Below are positions 54,344 through 64,000 of a stretch of 64,000 bases of DNA, one piece after another (the first letter of the stretch is position 1; every line of letters begins with the position of its first letter). A program made the translations under genes and the position numbers. The notes beneath the pieces were generated by a model. The model ran no database searches, was not told the DNA's origin, and saw only the letters and a program-made list of their open reading frames with translations. The DNA comes from Saccostrea cucullata (Eukaryota): positions 1 to 64,000 of the forward strand of contig NW_026930000.1 of NCBI RefSeq assembly GCF_032062105.1, written 5' to 3'.

Positions 54344-54738
54344 CAACACGTACATGAAAGTTTTTTTTCTTCTTTTATTCAAATTCCTGCTAAATCTGCA
54401 AGTGTGAAAAGTGAAATATACTCATTACTGAAAAATCTTTTTTAAATTGTTTATTTTTGTAAATTGTGTAAATTCCTGGTCTAATGGATTTGATTTCTTG
54501 GTTAAAAGGACACGTACTATAGTATGAAATTTTAACATTTCATGAATGATGTGAATTCGGTTGTCTTTATACCACAAAAGCAAGGAAAAATTACCCCCCC
54601 CCCCCCCAAATGATTTCATAGTATATGTTGAAATGTTGAAGTTTCTGTCTGCATGCAATTTAAAGTCAGTCTATACAGTACAATAAATACTATTCATAAA
54701 GTTAAATGCGAAAAAGCACAATGTGCCAAGCACAAATA

Positions 54739-57700
54739 TTATTGAGGAAGAGCGAAGCCTTTGGAGACAACAGGACCGTCCTTGTGTAGATAAACCGCTG
54801 GCCAGACACACTGTTGGACTACGGTCCCTTTCTTCCTGTAATGTTTAAAAGAGGAAGTGTCTAACTTTTCCCCAGGGGTGGGGTACCTTAAATCCATAGG
54901 AGGGTCCTGAACAGACATCAGCCAGATGATTTCTACACACTTGTCTATAAAGATTTCTATTGGAGTTGCCAGTGTTATATTAGTGAAGTGTTCCTTGTAA
55001 ACATAATCTTTAAACATCTACAGAAAAAAATATTTTAAAATGTACAATGTTTACTAATCTTGATGACTCAATACCTGATCAATACTAGTATAAAAAAAAT
55101 GACAGAAATTATTTCATATTAAAATGGCAAATTATGCTTACCACTCGTAAAGCAGGGATTGATGCTGTTGCACATGATTTTCTACAGTCTTTCATGAACT
55201 TTGATAGCTCAAAAAATGCTGTTTTGTCCTCAGAATTTCTGTGTACATACAAATCCTGATCCTTCAAAGGTTAATAAAAGTAATTTAAAATAAATAATAA
55301 ATATTTTAAAGGGATGATGAGGATTCACACATCCCTGATAATTTTTTCCTGTCAAAATGATGTCTTTATGCATTTATTTATTACTTCCATATTTTAATAA
55401 TACATGTACTTACCCCATTGTTACTTTGAACTTTCCATTTAATGTTTTGCATTGGAACCATACAATACGACTCCAATCTATCCAACTGTTGTGGAGCAAA
55501 ATCACAACAAAACTCGTGTACTTTCTTGAGAAAAAAAACATACATAATTTAGAATTTGTTAATGTGTACACACTTTATATTTTGATTCGACTATATTGTG
55601 ACAAGAAGTCAAGAAAGGGGAAGGGGGGGGGGGGGTAGTGGCCAACTTTTTTCAAGGCCAACTTCCTTTCACCTACCAATTTTTTCTTATATTTCCTTGC
55701 TATAAATATACTAAGGTAAAAATTAGGGGGGGGGGAACTATCTATTCAATGGACATTTCCTATAGTAAAGGTGATGTTAAGGAAAAAAAGTGGGGGGTGC
55801 CTGACACCCCCCCCCCCCCATTGCTAGTGCCTGCAGAATGAACATTGTTTGCAAAAAATCAAAACTTCTCATAATTCAAATACTAATAAATAAGCCTTCT
55901 TACCATAAGGCATAAGTATCAATTTATTTTGACACCTTTGAATGTAATAAATATCAGCTCTTAAATTAATAATTTAATTATTCGGAACTGATCAAAATTC
56001 GGAACTGGCCAAAAGACTGTAATTGTTATTTTTAAAATATGATCCAAGAATTCGGAATTCATAATACCTGAGTAATATCAACCAAAATCTGTACTACTTT
56101 ATCTTCGTCTTTGAGGGTACTTTTCAGAATCTCGAAAGCATCCGACCATTCATTGTCGTACAGCTGTTCAAACTTTTCTCCTAGTTTTGTCGGTCGATTT
56201 TTGTCGCTTAAATCGGCTATATTCGGGTTACCATCCTTGAGTTGTTTACTTACATAACTGCTCAATCTGAAATAAGAAATCTTCAGAATATTATAATACT
56301 TTAATCATACAAATTTGTAATATGGTTGTAAAAATGTGAAACTTCTTCCAACTATCTCCTTTTTACGTCACCAAAAATCATCAAAACGGAACACAATGCA
56401 AACTTAACCTTAACTCATCATGGTACACTCACAAAAATCAGGGAATATCTGCAAGGATTTAGAAAGGGTGTGGAAAACTACCTAAGTTGGGCAGACTGAC
56501 AGATAGCTGTAGAACTGTAACTTTATGGTTTTATTACTTCTTAGTGTTTGACCATGGACAACTGATAGACAAATGAAGGGACAGCTAAAAAGACTTCAAC
56601 GAGATAGAAACCTATGGTCCCTCTAGATTTAGAGATTCGGAGTAAAAAGGTTAGTGACGATGTAAAAACCTACAAAATACTTTGATCTTTTATTTTTCAT
56701 ACCTTGTCGTCAGTTCTTCTACTTTAGCCTTATTCATTTTCTCAGATTCCACCAATCGTTTGTACTCCAGAGCAGACACAGTGATCGTGCCGTCTGCCCG
56801 AGTAGGAGAACTGGATCTTTTCTGGTGACTGTCGTCTGCTGACTTCGTACTCACTGGTCCTGCGAAAGTCTTTGAAAACTCTTGCTTCTGTGCTGAATTC
56901 CCCGACGGTAAAGTTTGAGCGAAATGCTAAAACAACAATTTATATTAATAATTAAGAAAGATTACTGTCAGCAATATCAGGTCCGTACAACTCTGGGGAG
57001 GGGGAGGTGGCTCCCTCTTTCTTAGCATGCTAGAAATATAAATTATTTTGCCGTATAATAGTAGATTTCCTTTTAAAAAAGAGGCCTCTTTTTCATTGCT
57101 GTGAGTTCGAGCACTGACAAATTCCAGGATTTGGACAGTTAATGAGGTTTTTTTCTTCCCTCTGCCCTCATTTCTCGGATTTTTTTTGGGGGGGGGGGTC
57201 TTTCCACTTTTGAAAGCGTTGCTACGGGCCCTTGATAACTCTTTATGATTTTAGAATCGTATAGATAAATCTTAAATATATATAGGAAATTACTTCTGTA
57301 TGCAATATATTTTACATTCATTTACTTCTATTTTGTTTTGCGTGACCAAACACATCTTGAGATGAGATGTTTACGGGTTTCAGGTTTGGGAATATCCTCC
57401 CTCCGTCTCTTGAAACTCCATAGGATACTAAAACAAGCAAACACACACAAAAAAAACAATGTATAAAAAAAAAAAAAAAACATCATGATAATCTTACTTT
57501 GGGTCCCTGCTGATGCTCTTGGCCTGTTCTGCTTTGCAGTAAACTTTCAAACTCGACACGTGCTTCTTTAGAACCCGCGATGTCATAAGTTTCTGCCATT
57601 TTAACAACCTCCTCTAGCTCCTTATACTTTTCCTTTAACCTGGGTACACCATTCTAAAATTAATAAAAATGGAAACTATATTTTTAAAATATCTAGGAAT

Positions 57701-58138
57701 TTTTGCTTGGCAGTCCCCATCCAAATCGAATTTTTTTTTATTGTGTCACCATCTCTAAACTGAAATTGCTGTCTACGGGCCTGTTACTTGATTAAATTTT
57801 TATGGAAGTTTCTGTCAAACTTATTCAGCAATTTGTCCTTTATTTAATATTTAGCGAGATTTTGTGCGAGCGATTTAAAAATGCTCACTAAAGAAGCTAT
57901 ACTTTTTTGCGATGTTCAATTTTAGCGATCTCAGCACCCTCGATCGCTAATAATGTCAAGATTAAATCCTTGCTTAAATTCTCCTAATATACGATATTTA
58001 TTTAATACTTACTGATTTCAGTGACTTATACTGTTCCTGGGCTTTCCTCTTGCAATCCCCCGAAAGTGAAAGCTCCTTGCTTACTCTTTGCACCAGATCT
58101 TCCAGGTTGTGTATTTGTTCATTACGATGACTTGACAT
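54739..58138 (-). CDS. Mitochondria-eating protein (MIEAP/SPATA18) C-terminal-domain family protein, 7 coding exons
   Basis: Approximate exons 58138-58013, 57653-57498, 56926-56703, 56266-56089, 55524-55414, 55261-55142, 55017-54739. Motifs NIADLSDKNRPTKLGEKFEQLYDNEW and CVEIIWLMSVQDPPM...VWPAVYLHKDGPVVSKG. Confidence 0.8.
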
Positions 58139-58287
58139 TCTGGCTAGTTTCAGGTACACACATTGTAATTGCACATAACTGTACGTAGATAAAGAAGTTG
58201 TTTCGAACGTTTTTTTAATATATTTTCGGTGCTAACATACCTGAAAGCGAAAGAAACATTACAATCTGTTTGCTCAAAAACAGGTTA

Positions 58288-59913
58288 ATGCGTATATGTT
58301 CATTGCGTATATGTTCGTTGATCTTAGAAAAGCATTTGACACTGTATGGAGATTAGGTTTATTTTATAAACTTCTTGAATGTAATATTTCCCAAAAAATG
58401 TTCAATATTTTATTTTCAATGTATAGTAATACAATGAGTAGAATCAAATTTTCTGATGGATTAAGTGATGTATTCAATTCTGAGTGTGGTGTCAAACAAG
58501 GGGATGTTTAAGCCCCACACTTTTTAATGTTTTTATTGATGGTATTGTCCATGACTTAAAAAATGGAAATTGTGATCCTGTACAAGTAAACAATATGCAT
58601 GTAAATTGTCTGTTATATGCTGATGATACTGTAATCTTCTCAGAAAGCAAAAGCGGTTTACAAACCAGTCTTGATATTCTCAGTAACTATTGCTCAAATT
58701 GGAAACTCCAAGTTAATGTAGATAAATCTAAAGTTATGATATTTAACTCAAATGGCAAGCCTCAAGGAAATGAATTTAGTTTTAATGGTAATGCAATACA
58801 AATTGTACCAAGATACTGTTATTTAGGTATTATGATGAAATGTAATAGGAAGTTTAATTTAGCAACAGCTGTGCTTATTGAAAAGGCCAGAAAAGCATGT
58901 TTTAAAATGAAAAGAATTATTGGATTTGATAACCCATGTAAACTTTTAGAAAAACTCTTTGATGCTATTGTACTTCCAGTTCTTCTCTATTGTAGTGAAA
59001 TATGGGGAGTGGATCTCTCATCCAAAGATATTTCAAATGTTGAAAATTTTCACTTGAAATTCATTAAAGACATCCTTGGAGTGCACTGCAAAACATCCAA
59101 TGCTGGTTGTTTAGCAGAACTTAAAAGACTACCACTTTGGTCCAAAATTTCCCTCTCAAGTATCAAATATTGGAATCACCTGAAAACTTCTGATTCTTTG
59201 GCCTTTAAACTTTACCAATCCACAATTAACTGTAATTCTTGGACTAAGAAATTATTTTCTATTCTTGATAATCTTGGATTCTCTAACATTACAAAATATA
59301 CAGGTTCCATCCAACACCTTTTACCAAACATTAAACAAAGAATCATAGATCAGTGCACTCAAGAGCAAACATCAAAAATCTTTGGTTCAGAAAAACTTGA
59401 TCTTTTCAAGAAAGTATACTCAGGAAAAAGAAGTCCTTATGTTGATTTACTCAAAAAAAGATCTGAGAGATCCTCTCTTAGTAAAATTAGACTAAGCGCA
59501 CATAAACTTGCAATAGAAAGTGGTAGATATATTTCCACATCAAGAAATGAAAGATATTGTAATGTTTGTAATACTGGTGTGATTGAGGATGAAATACATT
59601 TTCTTTTTCACTGTAATTCTTACTCTAAGCTAAGAAACGCATTCTTTAGTAATATTTATAACATAACAAAGAAAAATATTAATCTTAGCAATGAGAAATA
59701 TATGCTACAATTATGTATAAACAGTAATATACAAAAAGTCTTGAAAGTTACTGTTAAATTTATCAGAGACTGTTTTGATCTTAGAAGTCAATTACTTGAC
59801 AATTCTTGAAAAAATATGTAAACATTATTTAATGTTGTTCAGTGGGCCTTTGCCAATTATTGTAATTGTGTTTGTGCCAATAAAGTATTTGTATTTGTAT
59901 TTGTATTTGTATA
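58288..59913 (+). mobile_element. 5'-truncated non-LTR retrotransposon (CR1/L2 group), RT plus C-terminal Cys/His region
   Basis: FVDLRKAFDTV, GVKQG, LSPTLF, LLYADD, YLG, RYCNVC...EDEIHFLFHC; single frameshift at about 58509; AATAAA followed by a (GTATTT)n tail; lies antisense upstream of the MIEAP-like coding region. Confidence 0.92.
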
Positions 59914-61642
59914 TCAATACGCCCCCTCTCTCACTCATTGCCAGTTACATCAGTGAATTCCAACATCATGTATCCTACTAAAGAGAAGTTGTTTTCTCTC
60001 TCTAGTTTTCTCCCTTTGGCCACAGGCCTTCACAGTCGCTTTGATATGACTGACATGTAATAAATATTCTATTTTTTAAAAATATATATATACGTCGGTC
60101 AGATCAAAGCTATTTGAAGGCCTGTGTATGCATTGAATTGAATGTTTTACTTTCTACTTATTGCCAAGGGGTTTTTTATCACAAGGGCGGGGGGGGGGGG
60201 TAGGATGACTTAATTAAATGATATTGGACTGGAAAACTGCTCTTGGAATCTATATTTATAGCGTTCAAAGAAAAAGGACCTTTTATCATCCCCATCGGTA
60301 AATGTGTTTAAATTAAAGTGAAAGTTATCTACTAAAATTAAACTGTAGATGCACATTTGGTTATTTAGTTTCAACCAGTTTCTTTAATATATATATAATA
60401 ACAGATTTGGCATCCCTTGCTAATATACTCATGTTCCAATGAAAGCTTTTTTGACATTATTTACTCACCTAAAACCGGTTATCTCGACATCTTATTTAGG
60501 TATATTTACAACATGCATGTAGAATAAAAGAGATATCTATAGTCATACTTAATGTATGTCAATCATAATCTTAAGTATATATAATTATATACACCTTTAT
60601 AGCAAGTTTGAGGGTTGAAATAAAAGATTACAATCATATCTTACCTTTATTTTTGTCTGATGTAGAAGGTAAATCTATGAAATACCGTTCGTGCTATAAA
60701 CAAGGAAGGCCGGTAAATTTAAAGGGTACAATATATCCATGTATGGTCTGTAAGATTGCCTGACTGTGTACAGGTAGGCCTAGTTTACGTTTTAAACATG
60801 TTTCTTAATTTAAAAAAAAACTTATAATAGAATGGAGATTTCTTTTATCAATTAAAAAAGGCTGCCAGCATTTTTTTCTGTTTCGTAATTCACAAATTCT
60901 ATTGATAAAAATGTTCAAAAGAAAATACTCTGTAACTTAATGGAGATAAACACCCAAATCACAATGATATACATGTATACATGTATATAGTTTTAGAGAG
61001 GTGGAATGCTTAACACAAAAACACTAATCTATCAAGGATAGATGCATGTCAAAAATTATTTTATAAAGAGCTCTTTATGACTGAAGCAAATTTTTGAAGT
61101 AAGAAAATTATACTGTACGAAGATTAACTGAATTTTTCTGTTTCAGTTTTCAACAAAGGGTATGGACCAGCTAGCATTTATATCCTTAAAAAAGGACAAA
61201 GGAATATAGATTACATTAATTAACTGTTTGACTGACGTATATGAAGAGAAAAAAAATCCAAATTTTTAGAACATTTTAAGTTCTCAGAGGAGATGAAGAA
61301 ATTAAATCTATCCTTAAAATGTAAATTAATGCTATTTTGTTTCAATACTCATTTATTTATTTACTGATTTATTTAGTCACCCATTTCTTTCCTTTATTTA
61401 TTTTTATCCTAGAAAATATTAAATATAATTGTGCAATAATTAATTTTCAATGTTGTTTTATGAACTAATAATTAATCGGTATTTCTAACAAAACAAAACA
61501 AAAAAAAATTAACTATTAAAATAAAAATCAACCACGATGCTGATTGAGTTGAAAAAATGAAAAATGATCCAATTTCAAGCGATTTATTTGTTTAGAATGG
61601 ATCGAGGTCTAACTTAATTTTTTTTAATTACGCCTATGATAT

Positions 61643-61645
<3 letters not shown>

Positions 61646-61707
<62 letters not shown>

Positions 61708-61710
61708 GAG
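61646..61710. repeat. (AG)n microsatellite
   Basis: About 32 AG units. Confidence 0.95.
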
Positions 61711-62561
61711 GTTCCCTTCTTTCAAAACCGATAGTAAAACAAACACCAAAACAAAATAACATCCATCTCGACTAGGTTTATGATAATTTAATGCATGCAT
61801 TCTCTCTTTTGAAATCCCTCGATAATCGATGACCTTAACCTACTTACATGTAAACATAAATTTTGCTCGACGGAACTTCAAAGGAATACACAGGGCTCAT
61901 CAAAGAGGCAGGGTAAGACAGTTTGCAAAGAACAGTAAGGTGTAGAACTCGTGCATTTATTACAGTAAATGAAAAATATTATCTGTTTTACTTGCTTGAT
62001 GTATATAATTGTCACCAAGATGCAAATATTATACAGCAGTTTTCCAAACCGAAAGTAGAAATGTTGTGTCGTTATATAAATGATCGGATTGAGTTCATAG
62101 TCAGCTAATGTAAACACGTATATGCATATTTTTATTATTATTACATTTATAAATATATGTATATACTCTATATTCATTAAAAACTTCAAATGTCGTGCAT
62201 GCACGTGCGTTAAAAATCTCAGTTTATCATATGCATACGCATCCGTAGTTTTTGTCAAATATACAAGAAAGCTTTGTTCCTTATGATATAAATTTCTCCT
62301 GTTTCGTCTTATAAGCTAAAGATCAAAATAAATCATTAACATGCCAGTTTCACAGTTAAAGATATAGACAGTTTTTGTCCATACCCGGTATGTTGATTTT
62401 TCCATCATGTTATTCATTAAAAAAAGTTTAATTTATGAAGGTCAACAATAAGACGAAAAAGTATTAGCGTGAATTAATCAAAATCATTTGAGAGAGGGAG
62501 ATAGAGAGATTTAATTCATGTGAAAAATAAACAAATATGACTGCGATAAATAAGACCACGG

Positions 62562-62796
62562 AACATTTACTGGCAAAATTTAAAAGAAGCAACTTACATC
62601 ATTTCTGCAACATTCAATGACAGACAATGAAATAGGCGAGTAAAATTAGACACGGACGTCCGAGAAAACATTGCATTGAAATCAATTTCGTTTCTCAGAC
62701 GTCCGTGTTAAATTGTACCTGTCCATTTTATAACAAATGACTGTAACAGATGGAAATGACGTAAGCTGTATATTTCAAATTTTGCCAGTTAATGTT
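62562..62796. mobile_element. Degenerate 235-bp foldback MITE
   Basis: aacatttactggcaaaattt ... aaattttgccagttaatgtt outer arms and acacggacgtc.gagaaa ... tttctcagacgtccgtgt inner arms. Confidence 0.65.
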
Positions 62797-64000
62797 GTGA
62801 GATCTTATAAAATAGAAATGCATATTATAAATATTGCTTTAACTCTCAATGCCCGTTAAGCAACTGTAACAAAACATACTTTTGTTCAAAAACTTGATTA
62901 GTGGGTGAAAAAGCTTGTCTGGTTCATAGCATGTAAAAATAAATTCGTATGAAAACAAGAATGACCCATTGTGCTGTTTAATGACGTACACAATTTACTT
63001 TACAAACATCTTTTACTTATCAATCAGTGACTTTTAATGTTTATTAGTAATAATAATATAAATTTTGAGATATTTAAAATGCGTTAATTAGTGAAAGGCT
63101 AGTGTACACATGGCACACGACAGATATATAATTTTTTTTCAAGTTCACGATATTTTCCTTGCGCCGTATGCGACACTCCAGGGTTCAGAGTGCATAGTCT
63201 ATGTTCTAACTAAATATTTATGATACAATGTAATACATGGTAACAACTTTTGAGTGATCCTAATAAACAATCAACAATTTCCTAGAACGTAATTGACATT
63301 ACATAATTGTTATGAAATTAAAAAAAAATTACAAAAATTTATTTGACTAATGCAGGCTGACATGGATAACTTCGGGGAAGTTCCTTTACATTTTGTGCGT
63401 TAAAACTCGAGATAAATGATTTCATAACCTTTTGATATTTTTTTTTTACTTTCAAATACAGGATATAATAAAAGATATCCTTTTACCTTAAATGATTTTT
63501 TACGTACACATTTTGAAGAAAAAAAAAATCCACTAAATACACAGCTATTTTCCCATTTACTAAATCATGCATTTACGTATAAACTTGTTTTAACAATTAT
63601 GTTACACACAAAATGACGTCCCTATCAATATTTCTTGTATATCTTTTATCCATGTGGGTATTTATAAATATATATATGAAAAACCCAACTTTTTTCCTGT
63701 CTGAAAGTCATCCCTATAAGTATATCACGATTTCCGGGTTACATGTCATTTACTTATATTGTTGTTTATTATATGGAGCAATAATAAAATCATGGAAGTT
63801 TCCTTCTTCCTCATTTTGTACTATAAAAACCATTCCAAGAGCAAAGCTAGGAAATTGAATATCGGATGGCGATGTGAGATAGATATGAAAGGCAAATGGA
63901 AATGGAGGAATGGGTAAATTAGTAACGGCACGTATCGCTTCTGCACCTGTTGTCGCGGGCGATCGACAAGTGTCACCCTCTTTTGCAGAAACATGAAACT

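Noticed and set aside
60000-64000. Short ORFs (for example 61878-62258 and 63613-63858)
   Set aside because: Low-complexity AT-rich translations without domains or convincing splice structure.

Overview
AT-rich, intron-rich animal genomic DNA, most likely a bivalve (oyster-like) judging from the repeat families and gene repertoire; the taxon is inference only. Spliced genes reconstructed by hand: 3' end of an unknown + gene (1-194); an ASIC/DEG-ENaC channel (-; 4 exons 1478-7918, 3' exons not found in the window); an intact Toll-like receptor (-; 12183-14424) plus a pseudogenised TLR 5' fragment; MRPL30 (-) head-to-head with UTP18 (+); a CHIC1/2 homologue (-) head-to-head with GATB (+); and a MIEAP/SPATA18-domain gene (-) convergent on GATB. 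Introns and intergenic DNA hold Helentron/HINE-type elements with internal tandem arrays, foldback/MITE DNA transposons with readable TSDs, tRNA-SINEs, decayed Penelope-like elements with a GIY-YIG domain, and a 5'-truncated LINE. The most striking observation is that three independent HINE-type elements each contain a copy of host exon sequence taken from only 0.4-1.6 kb away in the same gene (ASIC, UTP18, GATB), suggesting recurrent local templated capture. Exon and repeat boundaries were read by eye and may be off by a few bases.
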